Origin: Desulfobacterales bacterium | Lineage (GTDB): Bacteria > Desulfobacterota > Desulfobacteria > Desulfobacterales > UBA2174 | Direction of reading: 5' to 3' | NCBI GenBank assembly: GCA_963668645.2 | Contig: CAXXWC010000021.1 | Span: 320,001-384,000 of the forward strand | DNA length: 64,000 nt | Shown: piece after piece, positions 36,793 through 46,843 of the stretch | Layout: every line of letters begins with the position of its first letter | How positions within the stretch are numbered: the first letter of the stretch is position 1 | Notes under the pieces: model-generated | What the model was told of the DNA's origin: nothing | The model's input: only the letters and a program-made list of their open reading frames with translations | Database searches by the model: none | Translations under genes and position numbers: made by a program

Positions 36793-37551
36793 ATGATCAC
36801 GATCACCGTCGATGGTAATGTCCACGAAGTGGAACCCGGTCAGAACCTGCTCACCGTGCTGCGGCGCCTGGGCTATGAGATCCCGGCCATCTGTTTTCAT
36901 CCCGCCCTCAAGGACCCGGTGGCCGCCTGCCGCTTGTGCGCCGTGGAAATCAGTACCGGATCCGGCGAGCGGGCCAAGATCCGCCTGTCCTGCGTGGTCA
37001 AAACCACAGCCGACATGGACATCAAGACAGACAGCGCCGGGGTTCACGACGCGCGTACGCGGGCCATGCAGCGGCTGCTCCAGGACGCTCCGGAATCCGA
37101 GCGCCTGCATGCCCTGGCCGAGCGCTTCGGCATCGAAACCGCCCCCCTGCCCGATGGATGCATCCGCTGCCGGCTCTGCGAACGGGTCTGCCGCGAGGTG
37201 GTCAAGGCCGGGGCACTGACGGTGGAAAAACGCGAGGACCGGCCCTACATCGTGCCGATTCCCGGACGCTGCATCGGTTGTGGAACCTGCGCCAATCTTT
37301 GCCCCACCGACGCCATCCAGGTCGTGGATCGCGAGGACTGGCGCACCATCCTGATCCGCGACGAAATCATCGGCCGCCATCCCTTGGCCCATTGCGAGTC
37401 CTGCGGTCGCCCTTTTGCCACCCCGCGCTTTTTGGATCACGTGCACGAGGCCAGCGCCGCGCACCCGGATGTCAAGACCCATCACCAGTATTGCCCCACT
37501 TGCGCCAAGCTCCTTTCCGACCGCACCCTGGCGGCCATGCGCAGCAGATAA
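36793..37551 (+). CDS. 2Fe-2S plus 2x4Fe-4S protein (NuoG/HydA N-terminal-like)
   Basis: IPAICFH..CRLCAVE..LSC; CIRCRLCERVC; CIGCGTCANLCP; CESC..CPTC. Confidence 0.88.
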   Translation: MITITVDGNVHEVEPGQNLLTVLRRLGYEIPAICFHPALKDPVAACRLCAVEISTGSGERAKIRLSCVVKTTADMDIKTDSAGVHDARTRAMQRLLQDAPESERLHALAERFGIETAPLPDGCIRCRLCERVCREVVKAGALTVEKREDRPYIVPIPGRCIGCGTCANLCPTDAIQVVDREDWRTILIRDEIIGRHPLAHCESCGRPFATPRFLDHVHEASAAHPDVKTHHQYCPTCAKLLSDRTLAAMRSR

Positions 37552-37553
37552 AA

Positions 37554-37589
37554 ACAGGCTTTCAGGCCGGTTGCGGCCTGAAAGCCTGT
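37554..37589. terminator. Intrinsic terminator between convergent operons
   Basis: acaggctttcaggcc-ggttgc-ggcctgaaagcctgt, with an A-run on the left (U-tract on the minus strand). Confidence 0.75.
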
Positions 37590-37613
37590 CGGACTTTGCC
37601 AAAAGAATCTTTT

Positions 37614-40214
37614 CTAGACCGCCACGGCCGGCTTCACGGATTCCTGATGCCGCTGGCGTTTGCGCTGGAGGAACCAGACAGCGGCCAGGAGGAGCCCGGC
37701 CGGAATGAACATCAGGTGCTTGGGTGGAATCTTGGTCGGCACGTAGAGGTGGAGAATCTCCTGGTCAAAGTCGATCCCGGCTTTTTCCGCCGGACTGCTA
37801 AAGACCACATTGTCCACAAACACCCGCCCGTTTTTCACATTGGTCTCGATGCCAATGGCCACCAAGCGTTCGGTGGCCGTCGGCTCGTTGCCCACCTGCA
37901 GCATCAGGCTTTTGGTGAAAGGCCGGCCTCGGAAATCCTCGCCGGCCACCTCAAGCATGAGATGGTCCCCCGGGTCGATCTGCGCGACAACCTGTTCGAG
38001 CCGGGTGGCCTTGACCTCCTTGAGGGGCGGATAGATCATGTCCCACCAAAATCCGGGCCGCAGCAAAGTGAAAGCCACCAGCAAAAGAAGCACAGTTTCC
38101 CAGATGCGATTCTTGACTAAAAAGTAGCGCTGGGTAGCAGCGGCGAAGATCATCATGGCCACCACGGCCCCGGCGACCACCACCAGAAAATGATACCAGG
38201 TCCCGATGCCGATCATCAGCAGTTCATTGTTGTAGATGAAGATGAACGGCAGGATTGCGGTGCGGATATCGTAGCCGAAGCCCTGGATTCCGGTGCGGAT
38301 CGGATCGCCGCCGGAAATGCCGGCCGCGGCGAAGGCCGCCAGACCCACCGGCGGGGTGTCGTCGGCCAGGATGCCGAAAAAGAAAACGAACAGATGGGCC
38401 GCGATCAGCGGTACGAGCAGGCCGGACTTGGCGCCCAGATCGACGATCACCGGGGCCATGAGGGTCGATACCACGATATAGTTGGCCGTGGTGGGCAGCC
38501 CCATGCCGAGCAGCAGACTGATGACCGCGGTAAAGATCAGGATAAGGAGCAGATTGCCGCCGGATATAAACTCGACAAACTCGGTCATTACCAGCCCGAT
38601 GCCGGTCAGGGTCACCGTGCCGACAACGATCCCGGCCGCAGCGGTGGCCACGCCGATCCCGATCATGTTGCGGGCCCCGCCCACCATGGCGTTGATCAGA
38701 TCGGCGAAACCTTGCCAAGCGCTGAATTCCGGCCCCCCGGTCTTGCGGAAGTACCCTTTGAGCGGCCGCTGAGTAACGACGATGAGCATCAGCAGCATCG
38801 TGGCCCAGTAGGCGGACAGGGACGGTGAAAGCCGTTCGACCACCAGGCACCAGATCAGCACCACCAGGGGCAGCAGGAAGTAGTACCCGGTCTTCAAGGT
38901 CGGCAGCAGCAGCGGCAGCCGTTCGATCTCGAGACTCGTTTCCAGCTCCGGCACCTTGCAGGCCAAACGCACCAAAAAGAGGTAGGCCGCCACGAGCAAG
39001 ACGCCCACGATGTAGATCGCCGCACCGCCGGCAACGGTCTTGATCCACCCGATCCCGTAATACGTGACGGCCGTCAGAACGGCCATCAGCAAAAAGCCGC
39101 CCACGAAAGTCGTCATCTTTTGGAGCAGGGAGGCCCCGGTACTTGGCTTTTTCAAGCCCTTGAGCCCCATCTTGCAGGCTTCCAGATGCACGATGTAAAA
39201 AAGGGCGATGTAGGAGATGATGGCCGGCAGAAAGGCGTGCTTGATCACCTCGATATACGAGATGCCCACATATTCGACCATCAGAAAGGCCGCGGCCCCC
39301 ATCACCGGCGGCATGAGCTGGCCGTTGGTCGAACAGGCCACCTCCACGGCGCCGGCCTTTTCCGGCGAGAAGCCGACCTTCTTCATCAACGGGATGGTAA
39401 AGGTGCCGGTGGTCACCACGTTGGCGATAGACGAGCCGGAGACCAAGCCGGTCAATCCCGAAGCGACCACCGCGGCCTTGGCCGGCCCGCCGCGCAGGTG
39501 TCCCAATCCGGCGAAGGCTGCGCGGATGAAGTAGTTGCCCGCCCCGGCCTGTTCCAGCAAGGCACCGAAGAGAACGAACATGAAGACCATTTCGGTGGAA
39601 ACCCCCACGGCCACACCGAAAACCCCCTCGGTGGAGAGCCAGTAGTGGCTCATCCCCTTGGAAAGGCTGGCGCCCTTGTGGGAGATGACGTCCGGCATGT
39701 AGCTGCCGAAAAAGGTGTAAACCATGAAGACGGCGGCCACCATCATCAGCGGCGGCCCCAAGGCACGCCGGGTCGCTTCCAGCAGCAGAATCAGGCCGAT
39801 GACGCCGACCACCAGATCAAATTGGGTCGGGTTGCCCGGCCGGGCGGAAAGTTCGACATAGCAGATGAACAGATAGGCCGCGCAGGCGGCCGCCACCAGG
39901 CCCACCACCCAGTCCTGGACCGGGATGTAGTCCCGCGGCGAGGATTTCTTGAAGGTCGGGAAGGCCGTAAAGGCCAAAAAGATGGCAAAGGCCAGATGGA
40001 TGGACCGGGCCTCGGTGGAGTTGAAGATCCCGATGTTGAAAATAAACGGCAAAGGTGAGGCATACCAGAGCTGAAACAGGGTCCAGGCCAGCGGCACGTA
40101 AAACAAGACCTGCCTGGGGATCTTTCCGGTGGGATTGCGGGCCCCGGTTTCAGTCTGGGCAACGATTTCCCGTGCCGATTCCAGCGACGGCGTGCTGCCG
40201 GTGGCTTTAGTCAT
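37614..40214 (-). CDS. TRAP transporter fused 4TM/12TM permease (TAXI type)
   Basis: RGGPAKAAV, SGSSIANVVTTG, PPVMGAAAF, LGMGLPTTANY, DDTPPV. Confidence 0.95.
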   Translation of the reverse strand: MTKATGSTPSLESAREIVAQTETGARNPTGKIPRQVLFYVPLAWTLFQLWYASPLPFIFNIGIFNSTEARSIHLAFAIFLAFTAFPTFKKSSPRDYIPVQDWVVGLVAAACAAYLFICYVELSARPGNPTQFDLVVGVIGLILLLEATRRALGPPLMMVAAVFMVYTFFGSYMPDVISHKGASLSKGMSHYWLSTEGVFGVAVGVSTEMVFMFVLFGALLEQAGAGNYFIRAAFAGLGHLRGGPAKAAVVASGLTGLVSGSSIANVVTTGTFTIPLMKKVGFSPEKAGAVEVACSTNGQLMPPVMGAAAFLMVEYVGISYIEVIKHAFLPAIISYIALFYIVHLEACKMGLKGLKKPSTGASLLQKMTTFVGGFLLMAVLTAVTYYGIGWIKTVAGGAAIYIVGVLLVAAYLFLVRLACKVPELETSLEIERLPLLLPTLKTGYYFLLPLVVLIWCLVVERLSPSLSAYWATMLLMLIVVTQRPLKGYFRKTGGPEFSAWQGFADLINAMVGGARNMIGIGVATAAAGIVVGTVTLTGIGLVMTEFVEFISGGNLLLILIFTAVISLLLGMGLPTTANYIVVSTLMAPVIVDLGAKSGLLVPLIAAHLFVFFFGILADDTPPVGLAAFAAAGISGGDPIRTGIQGFGYDIRTAILPFIFIYNNELLMIGIGTWYHFLVVVAGAVVAMMIFAAATQRYFLVKNRIWETVLLLLVAFTLLRPGFWWDMIYPPLKEVKATRLEQVVAQIDPGDHLMLEVAGEDFRGRPFTKSLMLQVGNEPTATERLVAIGIETNVKNGRVFVDNVVFSSPAEKAGIDFDQEILHLYVPTKIPPKHLMFIPAGLLLAAVWFLQRKRQRHQESVKPAVAV

Positions 40215-40227
40215 GGGGATGATCCTC

Positions 40228-41208
40228 TTACATCAATCCGGCTTCCTTGTAATACTTCACGGCGCCGTCGTGCAGCGGGGCGGAAAGACCGTCCTTGATC
40301 ATCTCTTCTTTTTTCAGAATCGCAAAGGCCGGGTGAAGCTTTTTGAAATCGTCGAAGTTTTCGAAGACCGCTTTGACCACATTGTAGATGATCTCATCGG
40401 GCACCGTGGCCGAGGAGACGAAGGTGGCGCCCACACCGAAGGTTTTGGTGTCGGTGTCCGTGCCGCGGTACATGCCGCCCGGAATGGTCGCATAGCGGTA
40501 GTAGGAATTGTCCTTGACCAGCTTGTCGACCACAGGACCGGAGACGTCCACCAGCACCACGTCGCAGGACGCGGCGGCCTCCTGGATGTTGCCGGTCGGA
40601 TGCCCCACGGTATACACGAAGGCGTCGATCTTGTTGTCGCACAGGGCCTTGGAGTGTTCGTCGGGCTTGAGCTCAGAGGCCAGTTTGAAGACGTCCTTGG
40701 TCCAACCGAGGGCCCCCATCAACTCTTCCATGGTGCCGCGCTGGCCGGAGCCGGGGTTGCCGATGTTGACCCGTTTGCCTTTTAAATCGGTAAAGGTCTT
40801 GATCCCGGAATCGGCCCGGGCCACCACGGTGAACGGCTCAGGATGCACGGAAAAAACGGCCCGCAGATCCTTGTTGGGACCGGCTTCGGCAAATTTACTA
40901 GTGCCATGGTAGGCATGGTACTGCCAGTCGGATTGGGCCACCCCCATGTCGAGCTCGCCGGCACGGATGGCGTTGAGGTTGTAGACCGAGCCGCCGGTAC
41001 TCTCCACCGAGCAGCGGATCCCGTGCTCCTTGCGGGTCTTGTTCACCAGCCGGCAGATGGCGCCGCCGGTGGGATAGTAGACCCCGGTGACCCCGCCGGT
41101 GCCGATGGTGACGAATTTCTGTTCGGCCTGCACGGACGCCGGAACGGCACCCCATACGAGCACCAGGGCAAACACCAGAGCCGATACGACAATCAATCCC
41201 TTCTTCAT
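40228..41208 (-). CDS. TAXI family TRAP solute-binding protein
   Basis: Signal peptide, [38 protein letters not shown]. Confidence 0.95.
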   Translation of the reverse strand: MKKGLIVVSALVFALVLVWGAVPASVQAEQKFVTIGTGGVTGVYYPTGGAICRLVNKTRKEHGIRCSVESTGGSVYNLNAIRAGELDMGVAQSDWQYHAYHGTSKFAEAGPNKDLRAVFSVHPEPFTVVARADSGIKTFTDLKGKRVNIGNPGSGQRGTMEELMGALGWTKDVFKLASELKPDEHSKALCDNKIDAFVYTVGHPTGNIQEAAASCDVVLVDVSGPVVDKLVKDNSYYRYATIPGGMYRGTDTDTKTFGVGATFVSSATVPDEIIYNVVKAVFENFDDFKKLHPAFAILKKEEMIKDGLSAPLHDGAVKYYKEAGLM

Positions 41209-41540
41209 CTGGACCTCCTTGCGGTTGTGTTGGAGTTAGGCGAACGGTCGTCTTACGGAAAAAAAGGCTGTTCGTCGCTGCCGGCCGTCTCCTTCAGGCC
41301 GGCACCGAACACGAACTTTTGGGGGGGTCTGGATCAATAGTGGCGTCACAATTTTATGAACTTGCTTCGCCTTTTGAAGAAAATAGCAAACCCGGACGGA
41401 TAACGCAACCACCCATACGGGCACAGCAACCGGTGGATCAATGCCGTCCAGGACCTGCGCGTTCTGGCAAAAGGCCTTTTCCCGGCGCCTTCGTGCCTGC
41501 AGGCAGAAGGCAGGCGCCGTCCGCGCCTTTGACCGGGGGG

Positions 41541-43700
41541 CTACAGGCTGGGCGCCTGCAATGGTCCCTTTTTGAGGATGATGCGTGCATCCACGATGCT
41601 CAGCCCTTTTTCGTGAACGATGACCGGGTTGAGATCCATCTCTTCAATCTCGGGATAGGCTTCCACCAATTCAGAGCAGAGCAGCAGCAAGTTGACCAGC
41701 GCCTTCTTGTCGCAGGGCGGATTGCCGCGCACCCCGTCGAGCAGGGCGGCGGCCTGGATCGAGGCGATCATTTGGCGGGCCGTGGCGCGGTTGATCGGCA
41801 GGACCCGGAACACCACGTCCCTGAGCACTTCCACCATGATTCCGCCCAAACCGAACATGATCACCGGGCCGAACTGGTCGTCGACCTTGGTCCCGATAAT
41901 CACCTCTATGCCGGGGGAGGCCATCGGGGAAACGAGTACGCCGCGAATTTGGGCCCGGGGATCGAAGCGGCTGGCGCTTTTCATGATGGCGCTGAAACCC
42001 TGGCGCACCTGCTTTTCGGTCTTCAGCCCCACCATCACGCCGCCGGCGTCGCTCTTGTGCAGGATGTCGGGCGAAACGACCTTGAGCACCACCGGGCCGT
42101 CGATCTCGCGGGCTAGGGCAACCGCCTCTTCGGCCGTTGCGGCAACCCCGTCTTTGGAAACCGGCGCCCCGTGAAGCGCCAAAATCCGTTTGGCCTCGGG
42201 TTCGAGCAGGGCCAGGCGCCCCTCACCGGCCGCCGCCGCGATCAAGGCTTGGCATTCGGGCTGGGCCTTGTTGCCGTAGTTGAGCTCGAAGCTGACCTTG
42301 GTGTGGTAGGATTTCAGATAACGCCCGTATTCGGCCAGGGCCCCGATGCACTTGCAGGCCACGTCCAGCGAGTCATAAACTGATATGTCGTAGTAGCGGC
42401 ACAGATCCAGGGCATGGGGCTTTTCCGAAGCGAAAAGGCTGTGGATCACGATGGGCTTGTTGTACTTGCGCACCATCTTTCCCATCTGGTGGGCCGCGTC
42501 TTCTTCCTTCATCGCCAGGCCTTCGGCAAAACGGATCCCATAGCCGCCGAAGAGGCCCACCAAAAGCAACCCGCCCACGTTGGGATCCTGGAGAATGATA
42601 CGGGCGCAGTCGGCGAACAGTGAGGGATCGGCGTCGGTGCCGCCGGCCACGTCCACCGGGTTTGGCACCGAGGCGGCCGCAGGCAGAATGGCGCAGAGTT
42701 TTTTCTGGGTGCTTTCGCTGAGCCGGGGAATTTGCACCCCCAGGTCGGTGAGCAGGTCGGCGGCGATGGTGGCGTGCCCCCCCCCGTCGGCCAGGATGGC
42801 CACCTGGTTGCTCTTGATGGGTGGCAGACTCGACAGGGTTTCGGCCACCGGGAAAAGCTGATCCGACCTTTCGATCCAGATGATCCCAGCCCGCAAAAAG
42901 GCGGTGCGCGCCACCTCACTCATCCCGGCCAGGGCCCCGGTATGGGAGCCGGCCGAACGCTTGCCGGTGGCCGAGCGTCCGCTTTTGAGCAGCACCACCG
43001 GTTTTTCCAGGGTGGTCTTGTAGGCCTGCTGGAGAAACTCGCGCCCCTGGCGCATCCCCTCGACGTACATCAAAACGGCCCGCGTGTCCGGATCCTGGCG
43101 GAAAAACTCGAGGTATTCGTGAAACCGGATGTCCGCCTCGTTGCCCACGCCCACATAGTAGGAAAATCCCTTGCGGCTCTTGAGCTTGGCCTCGGTAATA
43201 AGGGTCAGGGCCATGTTGCCGCTCTGGGAAAGCAGGGCGATGTTGCCCTTGGGGGCATCGCGCATGCCCACCAGGTTCATCCCCTGATGCAGGTTCATCA
43301 TGCCAGAGGTGTTGGGCCCCACCAGCCGGATCCGGTTGGCCCGGGCCGTTTCCACCATCAAATCCTCCAGCTTGCGGCCCTCGACCCCGGTTTCGCCGAA
43401 ACCGCCGGCGATGACCACAGCCCCCTTGACCCCCTTGCGGCCGCATTCTTCGAGAAGCCGGGGAATCGATTTGGCCGGGGTGGTGATCAGGGCCAGGTCC
43501 ACCGGTCCCTCGATCTCCGAGATGCTCTTGTAGCATCGCAACCCCAGGACGCTGTCCTCTTTGGGATTGACCGGGTAGATCCGCCCGCCGTACTTTTCCT
43601 GCAGCAGGATGCGAATGGCCTGGTAGCCGCGTTTGGTGACGTTGCGTGAAGCCCCCACGATGGCCACCGATTCGGCCTTGAGCACCTTTTCCAAACTCAT
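41541..43700 (-). CDS. ADP-forming acetate/acyl-CoA ligase (fused alpha-beta)
   Basis: AIVGAS, GPNTSG, SQSG, SHTGALAG (phospho-His), NPVD, ILHKSDAGGV, DLNP. Confidence 0.92.
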   Translation of the reverse strand: MSLEKVLKAESVAIVGASRNVTKRGYQAIRILLQEKYGGRIYPVNPKEDSVLGLRCYKSISEIEGPVDLALITTPAKSIPRLLEECGRKGVKGAVVIAGGFGETGVEGRKLEDLMVETARANRIRLVGPNTSGMMNLHQGMNLVGMRDAPKGNIALLSQSGNMALTLITEAKLKSRKGFSYYVGVGNEADIRFHEYLEFFRQDPDTRAVLMYVEGMRQGREFLQQAYKTTLEKPVVLLKSGRSATGKRSAGSHTGALAGMSEVARTAFLRAGIIWIERSDQLFPVAETLSSLPPIKSNQVAILADGGGHATIAADLLTDLGVQIPRLSESTQKKLCAILPAAASVPNPVDVAGGTDADPSLFADCARIILQDPNVGGLLLVGLFGGYGIRFAEGLAMKEEDAAHQMGKMVRKYNKPIVIHSLFASEKPHALDLCRYYDISVYDSLDVACKCIGALAEYGRYLKSYHTKVSFELNYGNKAQPECQALIAAAAGEGRLALLEPEAKRILALHGAPVSKDGVAATAEEAVALAREIDGPVVLKVVSPDILHKSDAGGVMVGLKTEKQVRQGFSAIMKSASRFDPRAQIRGVLVSPMASPGIEVIIGTKVDDQFGPVIMFGLGGIMVEVLRDVVFRVLPINRATARQMIASIQAAALLDGVRGNPPCDKKALVNLLLLCSELVEAYPEIEEMDLNPVIVHEKGLSIVDARIILKKGPLQAPSL

Positions 43701-43791
43701 GATTCCCCTCCCCGCTTGTACGGTCTCGGTTCTGACCGGACTGGTGTTTAGCGACGGCCGCCGCGTTCAAAAGGACGCAAACCCTCCGTGA

Positions 43792-44562
43792 TCAAGGCTT
43801 TTGCTTACGGCCTTCGAACTCTGCCAGCGATGCCTGGCGCTCCTTGGTGGAAACACAGGCCAGGCAGGCCTCGACCTCGTAGTCCATCAACGCATCGAGG
43901 CTCACCTCGCCGCGCGCCATCAGCAGGCCTTTTTTGATCATGGCGATGGAAAAGGCCGAATTGGCCGCGATCTTGGCGGCCGTCTGCATGCATTCCGCCA
44001 TCAGGTTTTCAAGCGGTACGCTGCGGTTGACCAGACCGATACGGGCTGCCTCCCGGCCGCTGATGTACTCGCCGGTAAAGAGCAGTTCGCAGGCCCTGGC
44101 TGGCCCGATCAAATCCTGGACTAGGCGCATGGCCCCGCCGGTGACCGAAGAGGTCACCTTGGCCTCGGGTGAGCCGATCTGGGCCTCGTCGGCGGCGATG
44201 CGGATATCGCAGGCCAGGGCCAGTTCGTAGCCCGACCCCAGGGCGTAGCCGTTGATGGCGGCGATGGTGGGCTTTTCGAAGCGGATCAGCCGGCGCGTGG
44301 CTTCCTGCAACTCCACCAGATAATCGCGGTAGGCCTCGATGCTGCGGGTCTTGGACTCTTTCAAATCCGCCCCGGTGGAAAAGGCCCGCCCTTGCCCGGT
44401 GATAATCAGTACGCGCATGGCCGGGTCACGGCGCACATCGTCCATGGCCGCCTGAAGATCGAGCCAGAGCTGCTTGTTCATGGCATTGAGCACCTCGGGT
44501 CGGTTGAGTTTGACCAGCGCGATGGCTTCCTGCTTTTCAAAGAGGATGCATTCAAAATTCAT
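43792..44562 (-). CDS. Enoyl-CoA hydratase/isomerase family protein
   Basis: LNRPEVLNA, AFSTGADL, INGYALGSGYELALACD, PE. Confidence 0.92.
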   Translation of the reverse strand: MNFECILFEKQEAIALVKLNRPEVLNAMNKQLWLDLQAAMDDVRRDPAMRVLIITGQGRAFSTGADLKESKTRSIEAYRDYLVELQEATRRLIRFEKPTIAAINGYALGSGYELALACDIRIAADEAQIGSPEAKVTSSVTGGAMRLVQDLIGPARACELLFTGEYISGREAARIGLVNRSVPLENLMAECMQTAAKIAANSAFSIAMIKKGLLMARGEVSLDALMDYEVEACLACVSTKERQASLAEFEGRKQKP

Positions 44563-44836
44563 CGGCAATCTCCTTGCACGGTTGAAAAACGGTGATAGCT
44601 GAACGTTGACGTAACACCAACGGCAGATGATCCGGTCGCTGCGCAACCAAGGGGGTCGAAAAAACGAGCAGGCATCCCTGGCGGGACTTGGAATCCGGGC
44701 CGAAAAGCCCGGGAATGTCGTTTTTTTCCAGGCTGCCATATAATGGCACCCCTGGCAAGCCGTACTCAGCAAATCCCGGTGAACCCAAGATCTGTTGGTT
44801 CACCGAAAGGACGTAAAGCGTTGGACTTCGAATTGG

Positions 44837-46111
44837 TCAAGTTGACTGAAAAGAGGAATCTTGGTCATCGAGCACGGGTTCGCCCCGCGGATCGATGACC
44901 ATGGCCACCGACGACGAGGTGCTTTTCATCGGCATGAAGGTCCCCTGGTCTGCCACCGGAACGATGGATACCGACTCGAGGGTCCTCAGCCAAGCAGCCA
45001 GAGCCGCATAAACGGCGGCCACCATGCCGGTATAGGCGAACAGGCCGTGCGGGCCGCCCAGGATGCTCATCGTGCTTGCAGCCAGAACCGGTCCGATGCT
45101 GGCCCCCAGCCCATAGCTGAAAAGCAATCCGGAACTGACCGCCACCACCTGTCCGGGTTCGAAAAGATCGTGCCCGCGGGCCACGGCCACCGGGTAGAGG
45201 GTGAAACAGATCCCGCCGTAGACGGCCATGGCCGTCAGCAGAACCGCGAAGGAAGAACGGGCGGCAAACAGAACCACAAGGCTGAAAATCCCGATCAAGG
45301 CACCCAGGACTGGCAGGACCAGGGTCCGGTCCAAGCGGTCCGAGACGATTCCCACCGGCCATTGGAGGGTCAACCCGCCAAGGACTGCGGCGCCCATGAA
45401 ACACGACAGCTGGGAGACGTTCAGGCCGGAGGCGTGGGCGAAAACCGGCCCCATGGCATAAAAGGCGCTGTTGAGCAGCCCGGCGGTCAGACAGCCGAGC
45501 ATACCCAGGGGCGCCTTGCGCAGCAGGATCGGCAGTCCGAGCCGTTCGGTGGCAGGCAGGGCCGGCGAGATGGCCGACGTGACCGCCACCGGCACCATGG
45601 ACAGCGCCAGGAGCATTCCGGCCACAAAAAACGGGGTGCTGCTTTGCGGATCGCCCAGGTTGAGCAGCAGTTGGCCCAGGCCGATACCCAGGTAGGAAAG
45701 CACCATGTAGATGGAAAAGACCCTTCCACGGGCCTCGGCAACGGTGCACTCGTTGAGCCAGCTTTCGATGACCATGAACAGGCCGATGTTGGCCATCCCG
45801 CTCACCAGGCGCAGCAGGCCCCAGAACAAGGCTGAAAAATGGATCCCATGGAGCATCACCGTTGCGGTGGTCACCGCCGCCAGGGCCCCGAAGGCCCGGA
45901 TATGGCCCACGCGCCAGACCAGCCTGGGGCAAATCAGTGATCCCAGGACCAGACCGAGGTAGTAGGCCGCCTGAATCAGTCCGGTGGACAGGGGTGAAAA
46001 ACCGGCCATGGTCATGCGCAGGCTCAGAAAGGTGCCCAGGAGGCCCATGCCCATAAGTAGTGAAAAAACGGCCACATAGAGGGCCACAAAAGATGCCAGG
46101 GTTGAAAGCAT
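44837..46111 (-). CDS. MFS transporter (YcaD-like)
   Basis: RVGHIRAF, IESWLN..RGRVFSIY, QWPVGIVSDRLDR; start may be at 46129. Confidence 0.88.
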   Translation of the reverse strand: MLSTLASFVALYVAVFSLLMGMGLLGTFLSLRMTMAGFSPLSTGLIQAAYYLGLVLGSLICPRLVWRVGHIRAFGALAAVTTATVMLHGIHFSALFWGLLRLVSGMANIGLFMVIESWLNECTVAEARGRVFSIYMVLSYLGIGLGQLLLNLGDPQSSTPFFVAGMLLALSMVPVAVTSAISPALPATERLGLPILLRKAPLGMLGCLTAGLLNSAFYAMGPVFAHASGLNVSQLSCFMGAAVLGGLTLQWPVGIVSDRLDRTLVLPVLGALIGIFSLVVLFAARSSFAVLLTAMAVYGGICFTLYPVAVARGHDLFEPGQVVAVSSGLLFSYGLGASIGPVLAASTMSILGGPHGLFAYTGMVAAVYAALAAWLRTLESVSIVPVADQGTFMPMKSTSSSVAMVIDPRGEPVLDDQDSSFQST

Positions 46112-46359
46112 GGCGCGCAGTCTGATCAATTTTTGAGCTTCTGTAAAGATCCAAATGACGATCCGGGAAGAAAAGCCATCCGCAATACCGGGACCATCCT
46201 TGCGGCGGGTGGTAGAAATCGTGTCAAACCGGCGCTTGACTTGCTCCGGCAGGTGGTTACCGTTTCAGACAAAAGCGATAAGAATCGATTCTGACAGCGT
46301 ATTTTCGAGAAAGAAACATTAAAGGAACCACCCGTCTAAATCATACAGGAGGTGTAATC

Positions 46360-46821
46360 ATGGTATTTCGACCATTGTGGAGCGTGCCGAGGTGGATGGA
46401 TACCGGTGTGTTGGACGAACTGAACCGCATGCAGCAGCTCATGGGACGGCTCTCCGGTGCCACGCAACCCCGTGGCGCGACGAACTATGCCACGGCGGGG
46501 GTTTTTCCGGCCGTCAATCTTTCCGAAGACCGGGACGGCTACTTCGTGCGGGCCGAGCTGCCGGGGGTCAAGGCCGAGGACCTGGAGGTCGAGGTGGTGG
46601 GCCGCAACCTGACCATTGCCGGCCAGCGTACCATTGCCATCGAGGGCGACAAGGTCTGCTATCATCGCCGCGAACGCGAAGGAGGAAAATTCTCCCGGGT
46701 GCTGGGCCTTCCGGCAGACATCGATGCCGAGAAAGTCACGGCCCGTCTGGTCAACGGCATTCTGACGGTTCAAGTACCCAAGGCTGCTACAGCCAGACCG
46801 CGTCAGATCAGTGTTCAATGA
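46360..46821 (+). CDS. Hsp20/alpha-crystallin small heat-shock protein
   Basis: PAVNLSE, AELPGV, RRER..GKFSR, NGILTVQVPK. Confidence 0.95.
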   Translation: MVFRPLWSVPRWMDTGVLDELNRMQQLMGRLSGATQPRGATNYATAGVFPAVNLSEDRDGYFVRAELPGVKAEDLEVEVVGRNLTIAGQRTIAIEGDKVCYHRREREGGKFSRVLGLPADIDAEKVTARLVNGILTVQVPKAATARPRQISVQ

Positions 46822-46843
46822 AAGTTGAAAGGAGGGATGCGCC

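Noticed and set aside
31413..37551. Selenocysteine read-through in the redox operon
   Set aside because: The ORFs are complete without in-frame TGA, and the likely Mo ligand is encoded as Cys.
46130..46359. Search for CIRCE or sigma-32 elements upstream of hsp20 (and lon)
   Set aside because: No TTAGCACTC-N9-GAGTGCTAA and no properly spaced CTTGAA/CCCCAT found.
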